Part shown: positions 37,220-48,763 of the stretch, one piece after another
Numbering within the stretch: position 1 is the stretch's first letter
How the letters are laid out: each line of letters begins with the position of its first letter
Assembly (NCBI GenBank): GCA_963816975.1
Contig: CAWFMD010000005.1
Span: 144,518-208,517, forward strand
Direction: 5' to 3'
Source of the DNA: an uncultured Solirubrobacterales bacterium
GTDB lineage: Bacteria; Actinomycetota; Thermoleophilia; Solirubrobacterales; JBBDJG01
DNA length: 64,000 bases
Notes under the pieces: generated by a model
The model's database searches: none
What the model was told of the DNA's origin: nothing
The model's input: the letters and a program-made list of their open reading frames with translations, nothing else
Program-made: the position numbers and the translations under genes

Positions 37220-39562
37220 ATGGCCAAGAAGCGCGTTTATGAGCTGGCGAAGGAGCAGGGGGTCTCCAGCAAGGACCTGATTGCGACGCTGCGCGCGGCC
37301 GGCGTCGAGGTGAAGGCAGCCGCTTCCACCGTGGAAGAGGCGGACGTCACGCGTGTGCTCTCGGCGGCGGGCGCCGGCAACGGCAAGCCACGCGCCCCCC
37401 AGGCCGCCGCGCCCAAGGCGACCGCGGCTCCCAAGCAGGCGGCGAAGCCCGCCCCGAAGGCCGCCGCCACGCAGCCGGCGGGGGCCAAGCCTGCGCCGCC
37501 GCAGCCCCCGGCCAAGGGCCCCGACCAACCTTCCAAGCCCGCGCCGCGGCCGCAGGCGCAGCAGCCCCAGGGCGCTCAGCGCCCGGCAGGCGGCGGTGCG
37601 CGCCCGCCGCAGCGCTCTGCCCCCGGCGCTCCCGCCGGCGGTGGCGGCGGAGGGCGACGTCGCCGCGTGGTGATCGACTCGCAGGCCTCGCGCCGCCAGG
37701 CGCCGCATCCGCCGCCTCCGCAGCGGCGGCGGCGCAGCCGCGGGCGCGGTGCGCCGCCCCCGGAGCCGAGCGAGTCGAACCAGTCGACCGCGCTGGTCGA
37801 GCCGGAGGCGATCCGGATTCCCTCCGGTGCCACCGTGCGAGACGTCGCCGAGCACCTTGGCGTGCAGGTCTCCGACGTGATCAAGAAGCTGATGCAGCTG
37901 GGCGAGATGGCCTCGATCACCCAGACGCTGTCGGACGAAGCGATCGGCGTGATCGCCGACGAGTTCGAGAAGAAGATCGAGGTCGTGAGCGCTGCCGAGG
38001 ACAAGACCCCGGCGCTGGTCTTCGACGACGCCGACGAGGACCTGACAGCCCGGCCCCCGGTCGTGACCATCATGGGTCACGTCGATCACGGGAAGACCTC
38101 GCTCCTCGACGCGATCCGCGAGACGGAGGTCGCGGCGGGCGAGGCCGGTGGGATCACCCAGCACATCGGTGCCTACCAGGTGCACCACGGCGACCGGATC
38201 GTGACATTCCTCGACACCCCGGGCCACGAAGCGTTCACCGCCATGCGGGCGCGTGGCGCGAAGGTCACGGACATCGCGGTGATCGTGGTGGCCGCCGACG
38301 ACGGTGTCATGCCTCAGACGACGGAGGCGATCGACCACGCGAAGGCCGCCGGCGTGCCGATGGTGATCGCCGTGAACAAGATCGACAAGGAGAACTCGCA
38401 GCCCGAGCGCGTGCGCGGAGAGCTCGGCGGGCAGGGCCTGACCCCGGAGGAATGGGGTGGCGAGACGATCTTCTGCGATGTGTCCGCCAAGACGAAGGAC
38501 GGCCTCGACAACCTGCTGGACATGATCCTGCTGGTCTCCGAGGTCGAGGAGCTGAAGGCCAACGCGGACGCGCCCGCGAGTGGTCACGTGATCGAGTCGC
38601 GCCTCGACCCGGGCCGCGGGCCCGTGGTCACCGTGCTGGTGCAGCGCGGCACGCTCGAGACCGGCGATGCGCTCGTGGCCGGCGCGCACTGGGGCCGCGT
38701 GCGCGCGATGCACGACTTCCTCGGCCAGCGCGTGAAGCGCGCCACCCCGGGCGAGCCGGTCGAGGTGCTGGGGTTCGACACGGTGCCCGACGCCGGCGAG
38801 CCGGTGCGCGTGGTCGGCAACGATCGCGAGGCACGCCATCTCGCGGGCGAGCGCGCGATCCGGCTGAAGACCGAGGCGCTCGCGCGGCGCAAGTCGGCGC
38901 CGGTCAGCCTCGAGGACGTCTTCGAGCGGGTCAAGGAGGGCGAGGCCGTCGCGCTCAACATCGTGCTGAAGGCGGATGTCGCCGGCTCGCTGGAGGCGCT
39001 CCAGGACCAGCTCGCGAAGGTGTCCACCTCGCAGGTGGGCCTGAACGTGCTGCACACCGGCGTGGGGGGGATCACCCAGTCCGACGTGATGCTCGCGGCC
39101 GCCTCCGGCGCGGTGATCATCGGCTTCAACGTGCGCCCGTTGCCGGAGGCGAAGACCCTGGCCGACCAGGAGGGCGTCGAGATCCGCAGCTATACCGTGA
39201 TCTACAAGGTCACCGAGGAGCTGCGCGCTGCGATGGAGGGCATGCTCGAGCCGGAGGAGGTCGAGGAGTCGCTGGGCATGGCCGAAGTGCGCCAGACCTT
39301 CCGCGCGTCGCGGATCGGGACGATCGCCGGAAGCCACGTGGTGCAGGGCAAGATCACGCGCAACGCACACGTGCGGCTGGTGCGCGAGGGAACGATCATC
39401 TATGACGGCACGATCAATTCGCTGAAGCGCTTCAAGGACGACGCGCGGGAGGTCGAGGAGGGTTTCGAGTGCGGGATCGTGCTCGACAACTACAACGACC
39501 TCAAGAACGGCGACGTGATCGAGGCCTACGAGACCCGGAAGGTCGCACAGACGCTCGAGTAG
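37220..39562 (+). CDS. infB: translation initiation factor IF-2
   Basis: 780-aa ORF with a Pro/Ala-rich N-terminus and a GTPase domain ([26 protein letters not shown]). Confidence 0.97.
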   Translation: MAKKRVYELAKEQGVSSKDLIATLRAAGVEVKAAASTVEEADVTRVLSAAGAGNGKPRAPQAAAPKATAAPKQAAKPAPKAAATQPAGAKPAPPQPPAKGPDQPSKPAPRPQAQQPQGAQRPAGGGARPPQRSAPGAPAGGGGGGRRRRVVIDSQASRRQAPHPPPPQRRRRSRGRGAPPPEPSESNQSTALVEPEAIRIPSGATVRDVAEHLGVQVSDVIKKLMQLGEMASITQTLSDEAIGVIADEFEKKIEVVSAAEDKTPALVFDDADEDLTARPPVVTIMGHVDHGKTSLLDAIRETEVAAGEAGGITQHIGAYQVHHGDRIVTFLDTPGHEAFTAMRARGAKVTDIAVIVVAADDGVMPQTTEAIDHAKAAGVPMVIAVNKIDKENSQPERVRGELGGQGLTPEEWGGETIFCDVSAKTKDGLDNLLDMILLVSEVEELKANADAPASGHVIESRLDPGRGPVVTVLVQRGTLETGDALVAGAHWGRVRAMHDFLGQRVKRATPGEPVEVLGFDTVPDAGEPVRVVGNDREARHLAGERAIRLKTEALARRKSAPVSLEDVFERVKEGEAVALNIVLKADVAGSLEALQDQLAKVSTSQVGLNVLHTGVGGITQSDVMLAAASGAVIIGFNVRPLPEAKTLADQEGVEIRSYTVIYKVTEELRAAMEGMLEPEEVEESLGMAEVRQTFRASRIGTIAGSHVVQGKITRNAHVRLVREGTIIYDGTINSLKRFKDDAREVEEGFECGIVLDNYNDLKNGDVIEAYETRKVAQTLE

Positions 39563-39580
39563 CGTCGCGCACGGCCGAAC

Positions 39581-39883
39581 GTGCCGTTCCTGGTCGCCCT
39601 CACCATCCATCTCCATCTGCCGGACAACGGCAGCCTCAAGGGAAAGCGCAAAGAGCTGCTGTCGGTGCGCTCTGCGCTTCACCGGCGCTTCGGCGCCTCT
39701 GTTGCCGAGGTGGGCCAGCAGGACCTCTGGCAGCGGGCCACCCTGGCCGCGGGCCTGGTGGGACGCTCGGCCGGGGACCTGGAACAGGTCGCCGACGGAA
39801 TCGAGCGGTTCCTGCTGGGGAGATTCCCGGCAGGGGTGCGAATTGAGCGGCGACTCGTCTCGTTCGAGGACCTCGACCCTTGA
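39581..39883 (+). CDS. DUF503 domain protein (YlxP-like)
   Basis: 100-aa ORF with the family hallmark LHLPDNGSLKGKRKELLSVR, in the conserved position between infB and rbfA. Confidence 0.8.
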   Translation: MPFLVALTIHLHLPDNGSLKGKRKELLSVRSALHRRFGASVAEVGQQDLWQRATLAAGLVGRSAGDLEQVADGIERFLLGRFPAGVRIERRLVSFEDLDP

Positions 39884-40000
39884 GCACCCAGGTTGCGCGG
39901 GGGCGCGAGGGTTCGGGGTCGAAGCGGCGAAACGTCGCTTGTATAGTCAACAGAGGGAGCCCGAGAGGCGCCAGCCAGAGGGTGCCATCCCCGTCAGACC

Positions 40001-40354
40001 ATGCCCGTGAACAGGATGCGGCGAGTCAACGAGGCCGTACGCGAGGTTCTGAGCGTGGCCATCACCACTGACCTCAAGGACCCGCGCATCGGTTTCGTGA
40101 CCGTTACTGCTGTCGACACCAGTCCGGACCTGCGTCACGCACACGTCTACGTGAGCGTGCTGGGCGATGCGCGCGAGCGCGACGACTCGCTCGCCGGCCT
40201 GGAGTCCGCGCATGGCTACCTGCAATCGCGGGTCGCCGCCGAGCTGCGGCTGAAGCACACGCCGCAGCTGGACTTCCGCTACGACGAGAGTCTGGTGCGG
40301 GGCGAGCGCATCTCCCGGCTGCTGCGCGAGGACCCGGAGGAGCCACGGCCGTGA
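40001..40354 (+). CDS. rbfA: ribosome-binding factor A
   Basis: RMRRVNEAVREVLS...LKDPRIGFVTVTAVDTSPDLRHAHVYVS. Confidence 0.9.
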   Translation: MPVNRMRRVNEAVREVLSVAITTDLKDPRIGFVTVTAVDTSPDLRHAHVYVSVLGDARERDDSLAGLESAHGYLQSRVAAELRLKHTPQLDFRYDESLVRGERISRLLREDPEEPRP

Positions 40355-41346
40355 CGCTCGACACGACGACCGGCCGCGAGCAGGTGCTCGCCGAGCTTCG
40401 CGCGGGCGACAAGTTCCTGCTGACCACACATGAAAACCCGGACGGCGACGCGCTCGGATCCCTCGTCGCGATGAACGAGATCCTGCGTGCGCTCGGCAAG
40501 GACACCGTGATGTTCATGTCCGAAGAGGAGTTCCCGCTGCCCTACGAGTACCGCTGGCTACCGCTCGCGGGCGCGTCTCACACGCTGCCGGATGACGCCG
40601 AGGAGCGCACGATCGTCTTCCTCGACTGCGGCAACGTGGATCGCATGCCGGTCAGCTTCCTGGGGCGGGATGACGCTCACATCGTGAACATCGACCACCA
40701 CCACGACAACACCCGCTTCGGTACCGCGAACCTCGTCGTCGACGGCGCCTCATCGACGGCGGAGATCATCTGGAACCTGAACAAGGACCTCGGGGCCGAG
40801 CTCACGACGGAGATCGCCGAGGCTCTGTACGTCGGGCTGGTGACCGACACCGGCAAGTTCCAGTACGAGAACACGACGCCGGTCTCACACGCGATGGCGG
40901 CGGACCTCCTGGCCCACGGCGTCGAGGTGCACGAGATCTTCCGGAGGCTCTACGAGAACGTGCCGTTGGCCAAGCTGGAGTTGCTGGCGCGCGTGCTGTC
41001 GCGGATCGAGCGCTACGACGACGGCCGCCTGACCGTTTCCTACATCCTGCGCTCCGACTACGAGCAGACCGGCGCGGACGAAAGCTTCTCGGAGGGCATC
41101 GTCGATCACATCCGCGCGCTCGAGGGCACGGTCGTCGCGGCGCTCGTGCGCGAGCAGCTCAAGGAGGGGCGCGACGGCGTGATGAAGGTCAGCCTGCGGG
41201 CCTCGGCCGACGCGGTGGACGTGAGCGTCATCGCGCGCGAGGAAGGCGGCGGCGGTCACCGGCAGGCGGCGGGCTTCTCCTCCACGCGCCCGCGCGCGGA
41301 GCTGATCGAGTTCCTGCGGGACGAGATCGCGGGGCAGCTGAAGTAG
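40351..41346 (+). CDS. nrnA: DHH-family phosphoesterase (NrnA-like oligoribonuclease/pAp phosphatase)
   Basis: DHH and DHHA1 motifs: HENPDGDALGS, NIDHHHDN and GGGGHRQAAG. Confidence 0.85.
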   Translation: MTLDTTTGREQVLAELRAGDKFLLTTHENPDGDALGSLVAMNEILRALGKDTVMFMSEEEFPLPYEYRWLPLAGASHTLPDDAEERTIVFLDCGNVDRMPVSFLGRDDAHIVNIDHHHDNTRFGTANLVVDGASSTAEIIWNLNKDLGAELTTEIAEALYVGLVTDTGKFQYENTTPVSHAMAADLLAHGVEVHEIFRRLYENVPLAKLELLARVLSRIERYDDGRLTVSYILRSDYEQTGADESFSEGIVDHIRALEGTVVAALVREQLKEGRDGVMKVSLRASADAVDVSVIAREEGGGGHRQAAGFSSTRPRAELIEFLRDEIAGQLK

Positions 41347-41351
41347 GACAC

Positions 41352-42182
41352 GTGGACGGCGTCATGCTGGTCCCCAAGCCGGCGGGCGTCACCTCCCATG
41401 ACGTGGTCGAGTCCGTGCGCCGCGCGCGAGCCGTCAAGACCGGGCATGCGGGCACCCTCGATCCCTTCGCGACGGGCCTGCTGTTGGTCCTCCTGGGCCG
41501 TGGGACGCGACTCCAGCGGTACTTCGTCGGGTTGGGGAAGGCCTACCGGGTGACGGCGCGACTGGGGGCGATATCCGATACCGGAGATCCGACGGGCGTG
41601 GTGTCGGAGACCCGAAGGACCGCTGACGAGTCCCAGGTGCGGCAGGCCATGGTCGCGTTGACGGGCGAGATCGAGCAGCGCGTGCCTGCCTACTCGGCGG
41701 TGAAGGTCGGAGGGGAGCGCCTGTATCGCAAGGCGCGGCGTGGGGAGGACGTGAACGCGCCGTTGCGGCGGGTGGTGATCGAGGCGTTCGAGGTGGTGCG
41801 CTTCGATGCCGCCGCGGCGCAGGTGGAGCTGGCGGTGCGCTGCTCGAGCGGTACCTACATCCGGCAGCTGATCGCCGACCTCGGGGACCTGTGCGGCGCC
41901 GGGGCGTACTGCACCGCGCTCGAGCGCACCGAGGTGGGGCCGTTCGCGCTGGCGGACGCCGACGCGGAGCGGGTGCTGGCGCTGTCGCAGGCGCTGCCAT
42001 TCCTGCCGGAGCGTCCGTTGACGGATGTCGAGGCTGACGCCGTGCGGCATGGGCGGCGCGTGGCGAACCCCGGTGGGGTAGGGGGTGAGGGTCATCACGT
42101 GCGGTTGACGCTCGATGGCGCGCTGGTGGCCGTCGCCGAGGGCCGTGGCGAGGAGCTCAAGCCGCTCACGGTCCTCTCCTGA
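41352..42182 (+). CDS. truB: tRNA pseudouridine(55) synthase
   Basis: KTGHAGTLDPFATGLL contains the catalytic Asp, followed by YSAVKVGGERLY. Confidence 0.95.
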   Translation: MDGVMLVPKPAGVTSHDVVESVRRARAVKTGHAGTLDPFATGLLLVLLGRGTRLQRYFVGLGKAYRVTARLGAISDTGDPTGVVSETRRTADESQVRQAMVALTGEIEQRVPAYSAVKVGGERLYRKARRGEDVNAPLRRVVIEAFEVVRFDAAAAQVELAVRCSSGTYIRQLIADLGDLCGAGAYCTALERTEVGPFALADADAERVLALSQALPFLPERPLTDVEADAVRHGRRVANPGGVGGEGHHVRLTLDGALVAVAEGRGEELKPLTVLS

Positions 42183-42258
42183 CAGGGGTGCGCGGTTTGG
42201 GGGGTCCAGAGCGCCCCCAATGTGTCTCATCCGCGCGGGGAGTCCCTACGATGGGCGG

Positions 42259-43077
42259 GTGCGCAGGGGGTTCGTGACGGGGATGCTGGGGTGTGCGCTG
42301 CTCTGCGTGCTCCCCGCCGGCGCCGATGCGGAGCTGGTGGGCGAGTTCAACGCCCGCCTCAAAGACGTGCAGCGCTCCTACGGCGCGTACACGGTCGTCG
42401 CCGACGCGCGCGCGTACGAGACCTCGGGCGCGCCGCCGCCGATCCTGACAAACGCGACCGTGCACTTTCCCCGCGGTGCCGCGCTGCGCCGCGCGTTCCT
42501 GCGGGACGACTTCTACTGCGATCGCGTGCGGCTGGAGCGCTACCCACCCGACCCGGCGCGCTGCCGCAGCTCCCACTTCGCGTCCGGCACCATCCTGCTC
42601 GACGCGCGCCCGCACATCGACACGCCTTTCTCGGCCGACATCCACCTGTTCCTCGCGCGCGGCGGGCCGGGCACGCTGGCCGGCGTGACCGTGCTCGTGA
42701 TCCCGAACGAGTTCACGCCCGTGTACGCCTATCAGGTGCTGGAGGGACGCCTGGTGAACGAGTCCGGGACGAGCGCGCGCTTCGGCTTCCGCCTCGAGCT
42801 GCCCACGTACGTCAAGCCGTTGATTCCCGGCCTGTACCTGCACCTCGCCGAGATCCACCTGAAGATCCGCGGATTGCGGCTCGCGCGCCGGGGGCGGCGC
42901 CCCCTGTTCTGGACTCGGGTGCCCCGCTGCCCGCGAAGCCGCAAGGTGTCCTTCGGCGCCGACTACTCGTTCGCGGGCGGCGCAGTCATAAAGAAGCGCC
43001 GCCGGGTGGATTGCCGGCGCTTCGTGAAGCGCCCCGCCGTGCACCGCGAGGGCCGCGTGCCCGGCGCTCCCGGCTAG
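42259..43077 (+). CDS. hypothetical secreted protein
   Basis: High GC3 in this frame and a signal-peptide-like N-terminus VRRGFVTGMLGCALLCVLPAGADA|E. I recognise no family motif. The start is uncertain (42220, 42259 or 42283). Confidence 0.6.
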   Translation: MRRGFVTGMLGCALLCVLPAGADAELVGEFNARLKDVQRSYGAYTVVADARAYETSGAPPPILTNATVHFPRGAALRRAFLRDDFYCDRVRLERYPPDPARCRSSHFASGTILLDARPHIDTPFSADIHLFLARGGPGTLAGVTVLVIPNEFTPVYAYQVLEGRLVNESGTSARFGFRLELPTYVKPLIPGLYLHLAEIHLKIRGLRLARRGRRPLFWTRVPRCPRSRKVSFGADYSFAGGAVIKKRRRVDCRRFVKRPAVHREGRVPGAPG

Positions 43078-43098
43078 CGTCATCTAGCCTCCACGGCG

Positions 43099-44034
43099 AT
43101 GGACGTCTTCAGGTCGCTCGCGGAGGTCAAACCCGCCGAACACGGGCGCTCGATCGCGCTCGGGACGTTCGACGGCGTGCATCGCGGCCACCGCCGCGTG
43201 ATCGGCACCGCGGTCGAACACGCGCGCGCGCAAGGGCTGCGCCCGATCGTCGTCACCTTCGACCCGCACCCGCTGCGGGTCCTGCAGCCCGCCGACCCGC
43301 CGCCGCTGCTCACCGACACAGCCGCAAAGGCCGAGATCGCGGCCCAGCTGGGAGCGGAGGAGCTGCTCGCGATCCCCTTCACCGACGAGCTGTCCCAGAT
43401 GGAGCCGGAGGACTTCGTGGCCGACGTGCTGGTGGGCGTGCTCGACACTCGCCAGGTGAGCGTCGGCGCGAACTTCCGCTTCGGCCACGGAGCGCGCGGC
43501 GACGTCGACCTGCTGCGCTCGGGGCCGGAGTTCGAGACCACCGTCGTGCCGCTCGTCGAGCATGGCGACTCGCCGGTCTCCTCCAGCCGCATCCGCGAGC
43601 TGGTCGCCGCAGGTGACATGGTCGCTGCGGCGGACCTGCTGGGCGCGCCCTACCGCATGGAGGGGGAGGTGGTCCCCGGTGATGCGCGGGGACGCGAGCT
43701 CGATATGCGCACGGCGAATGTCGCGCCGGCGCCGGGTGCCCTGATCCCGCGGGCCGGCATCTACGCCGCCACCGCGCGGGTCGAGGGCGGGGAGGTCCCA
43801 GCCGCGGTCAGCATCGGCGTGCGCCCGACGTTCGAGGACGCCGGCGATCTGAGAGTCGAGGCGCACCTGATCGGATGGGAGGGCGACCTGTACGGCCGGC
43901 GGCTGCGCCTTTCGTTCCTCGAGCGCCTGCGCGACGAGCTCAAGTTCGACTCCGCCGCGGACCTCCAGGAGCAGATGAGAGATGACATCGAGCAGGTGGA
44001 GCGGATCGCCGCGCGGTCGGTGTCGCCCCGGTAA
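43099..44034 (+). CDS. ribF: bifunctional riboflavin kinase / FMN adenylyltransferase
   Basis: N-terminal region ALGTFDGVHRGHRRV and a C-terminal riboflavin-kinase domain (GDARGRELDMRTANV...VRPTF). Confidence 0.95.
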   Translation: MDVFRSLAEVKPAEHGRSIALGTFDGVHRGHRRVIGTAVEHARAQGLRPIVVTFDPHPLRVLQPADPPPLLTDTAAKAEIAAQLGAEELLAIPFTDELSQMEPEDFVADVLVGVLDTRQVSVGANFRFGHGARGDVDLLRSGPEFETTVVPLVEHGDSPVSSSRIRELVAAGDMVAAADLLGAPYRMEGEVVPGDARGRELDMRTANVAPAPGALIPRAGIYAATARVEGGEVPAAVSIGVRPTFEDAGDLRVEAHLIGWEGDLYGRRLRLSFLERLRDELKFDSAADLQEQMRDDIEQVERIAARSVSPR

Positions 44035-44038
44035 CTGC

Positions 44039-44044
44039 TACCTT
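44039..44044 (+). promoter_or_regulatory. -10-like hexamer TACCTT, 8 nt upstream of rpsO GTG (leaderless-type)
   Basis: A TANNNT hexamer with no SD before GTG 44053. The spacing matches mihF and dapA. Confidence 0.35.
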
Positions 44045-44052
44045 CCTTCGCC

Positions 44053-44322
44053 GTGACTCTCACCAAAGAGGCCAAGACAGAGGTGATCCGGAAGTTCGCC
44101 TCCCATGAGGGCGACACCGGCTCGCCGGAGGTCCAGGTCGCGCTGCTGACGGCACGCATCAACGAGCTCACCGAGCATCTGCGCACACACAAGAAGGACC
44201 ACCATTCCCGGCGCGGCCTGCTGATGCTGGTCGGCCAGCGGCGGCGCTTGTTGAACTACCTCAGCAGGCACGACGTGGACCGGTACCGGTCGCTCGTCCA
44301 AGAGCTCGGCCTGCGCCGTTAG
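44053..44322 (+). CDS. rpsO: 30S ribosomal protein S15
   Basis: 89 aa: [43 protein letters not shown]. Confidence 0.95.
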   Translation: MTLTKEAKTEVIRKFASHEGDTGSPEVQVALLTARINELTEHLRTHKKDHHSRRGLLMLVGQRRRLLNYLSRHDVDRYRSLVQELGLRR

Positions 44323-44334
44323 CACGGCGTTGCA

Positions 44335-44402
44335 GGGTTTCCGGGCCGCGCCCTGAACAGGGCTTGCGGGCTCCGGATGAGGCTGGAAACCCCCAAAAGG
44401 GG
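44335..44402 (+). promoter_or_regulatory. structured rpsO-pnp intergenic RNA (long-range GGGTTTCC/GGAAACCC stem plus CCCC-aaaa-GGGG hairpin)
   Basis: The 8-bp complementary arms at 44335-44342 and 44385-44392 enclose further GC pairing (GGGC-cgc-GCCC). The position corresponds to the pnp autoregulatory leader known in other bacteria. Confidence 0.4.
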
Positions 44403-44491
44403 CCGATGGCCGCTGCTATCGTTCGCGCCTAGATTCCGGAGAGTCCCAAACCGCTGAGCAGCCGACCGGAGGCTGCCCCGAAAGGAAATGA

Positions 44492-46765
<2,274 letters not shown>

Positions 46766-46766
46766 C

Positions 46767-46788
46767 GATGGTCGATCCCGCGACCATC
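46767..46788 (+). other. 8-bp hairpin (GATGGTCG-atcccg-CGACCATC) flanked by direct CTAGCGA repeats, between pnp and the M16 peptidase gene
   Basis: Read directly from the sequence. No T-tract follows, so it is not a classic terminator. Confidence 0.3.
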
Positions 46789-46798
46789 TAGCGACACG

Positions 46799-48082
46799 TT
46801 GGCCCAGGAGCACACGCTCACCCAACTCGACTCGGGCATCCGGGTCGTCACCGAACGCGTCCCGTCCGTGCGGTCGATCGCGCTCGGGTTGTGGGTGCGC
46901 GTGGGCTCCCGGGACGAAGGGACCGAGCAGGCCGGCATCTCGCACTTCCTCGAGCACATGCTGTTCAAGGGCACGCAGGAGCTGACGGCCGAGCAGATCG
47001 CACAGGAGTTCGACGGGCTCGGCGCCGACATCAACGCGGCCACGAGCAAGGAGGCGACGGTCCTGCACGCGCACTTCCTCGACGAGCACCTCGACCGCGC
47101 GTTCCAGGTGATGGGCGACATGCTGCTGCGCTCGACCTATTCGGACCTCGAGTCCGAGCGGGAGGTCGTGCTGGAGGAGATCGCGATGTACGAGGACGAG
47201 CCGCAGGACAAGGTGCACGACGTGCTCTCCACGGCCGTGTTCGGCGACCATCCGCTGGGACGGCCGGTGATCGGCCGCGGCGACGTGATCTCCGCGCTCA
47301 CGCCCGACACCGTGTCGGCGTACCACGACGCCCGCTACCTGCCGGGCGCGATCGTGGTGGCGGCCGCGGGCAACCTCGAGCACGAGGCGATCGAGCGGCT
47401 CGCCGGGCGCTGGTTGAGTGTTTCGCGCAACGGTGACCTGCGGACGCCTGAGGCGGCGCCGCCGCGCAGGGATTCGCGCGCCGTGTTCCACTGCAAGGAG
47501 ACCGAGCAGTACCACATCTGCATCGGCGGGGAGGGGATTTCGCGCAACGACGATCGCCGCTTCGCCCTTTCGATCCTGGACGCGATCCTGGGTGGCTCGA
47601 CCTCTTCGCGGCTGTTCCAGGAGGTGCGCGAGAAGCGCGGCCTCGCCTACTCCGTGTACTCCTGGGCCAGCCAGTACCAGGACACCGGTCAGGTCGGCAT
47701 CTACGTCGGAACGCGCGAGGACAACGTGGTCGAGGCGCTCGCCGTGATCGGCGGTGAGCTGTCGCGGGTGCGTGACGAGCGCGTCGGCGAGGACGAGCTG
47801 CGTCGCGCGCGTGAGCACGTGAAGGGACGGCTTGCGCTGTCGATGGAGTCGACCGGCGCTCGCATGAACCGGCTCGGCCGCTCCGTGCTGATGGACACGC
47901 CGCTGCTGACGCTCGACGAGACGATCGCGCGGCTGCAGGCGGTCACGTGCGAGGAGCTCGAGCAGCTCGCCGGCGACCTCTACCCGCCGAGCGGCATGTC
48001 GGTCGCGGCGATCGGCCGTGACGAAGACCTCTTCCGTAATGCGCTGGCGCCCGTGAGCGCCGAGCTCTCCAGCGCGGCGTGA
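46799..48082 (+). CDS. M16-family (pitrilysin-like) zinc peptidase
   Basis: Inverted zinc motif HFLEHMLFKG with a downstream Glu. The position after pnp is conserved. Confidence 0.9.
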   Translation: MAQEHTLTQLDSGIRVVTERVPSVRSIALGLWVRVGSRDEGTEQAGISHFLEHMLFKGTQELTAEQIAQEFDGLGADINAATSKEATVLHAHFLDEHLDRAFQVMGDMLLRSTYSDLESEREVVLEEIAMYEDEPQDKVHDVLSTAVFGDHPLGRPVIGRGDVISALTPDTVSAYHDARYLPGAIVVAAAGNLEHEAIERLAGRWLSVSRNGDLRTPEAAPPRRDSRAVFHCKETEQYHICIGGEGISRNDDRRFALSILDAILGGSTSSRLFQEVREKRGLAYSVYSWASQYQDTGQVGIYVGTREDNVVEALAVIGGELSRVRDERVGEDELRRAREHVKGRLALSMESTGARMNRLGRSVLMDTPLLTLDETIARLQAVTCEELEQLAGDLYPPSGMSVAAIGRDEDLFRNALAPVSAELSSAA

Positions 48083-48758
48083 TCCGCGTCGCGGTCTCGG
48101 GCGCCGCGGGGCGCATGGGACGCACCGTGTGCGACGCCGTGGAAGCGGCGGGAGACATGGAGCTGGTGGAGCGTGTCGACCCCGCCCTCGGGGTCTCCCT
48201 CGAGCAGGCATTGAAGGAGACTGCGCCCGACGTGGTCGTGGACTTCACGATCCCGGACACGGTGTTCGGCAATGCAAAGCTATGTCTCGAGCAGGGAACC
48301 CATGTCGTGGTGGGGACGACCGGGCTCGCGCCACAGCAGGTCGAGGAGCTGCGCGCGATCGCGGGCCGCTCCGCCGGCAACTGCCTGGTCGCACCAAACT
48401 TCGCGATCGGCGCCGTGCTGATGATGCAGGCGGCACGGCTGATCGCCCCCCACATGCCCGACTGCGAGATCATCGAGCTGCATCACGAGGCAAAGCTCGA
48501 CGCGCCGTCCGGGACGGCACAGCGCACCGCCGACCTGATCGGCGAGGCGGGCGGGCGCTCCGACCCGCCGATCCACAGCGTGCGGCTACCCGGCCTGGTC
48601 GCCAGTCAGGAAGTGATCTTCGGGGGCCTCGGGCAGACGCTCACCGTGCGCCACGACACGCTCTCGCGCGAGTCCTTCATGCCGGGCGTGCTGCTCGCGG
48701 TGCGGCAAGGTGGCGGAGATCGACGGCCTCGTCGGTCGGGCTCGAAAACGTGATGTAG
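48079..48758 (+). CDS. dapB: 4-hydroxy-tetrahydrodipicolinate reductase; last ~20 codons frame-disrupted
   Basis: Motifs MIRVAVSGAAGRMG, ELHHEAKLDAPSGTA and SFMPGVLLAVR. The annotated frame stops at 48753. The homolog-like C-terminus VAEIDGLV-VGLENVM* is only read by shifting +1 twice, which ends at TAG 48758. Confidence 0.85.
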
Positions 48759-48763
48759 GCCCG

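Noticed and set aside
37330-37760. Repetitive Pro/Ala/Gly/Arg-coding DNA at the 5' end of infB as a candidate repeat element
   Set aside because: It is the usual low-complexity N-terminal region of IF-2, in frame, without a defined repeat unit.
37205-39682. 825-aa minus-strand ORF opposite infB. Similar long ORFs lie opposite carB (27102-29480 and 28658-30376), ku/tlpA (12318-14306), the thrC-like gene (8651-10213) and nusA (35535-37016).
   Set aside because: All of these are antisense to genes with strong motif support. Their composition is dominated by R/A/G/P/H/D and they have no recognisable domains, so they are GC-shadow ORFs.
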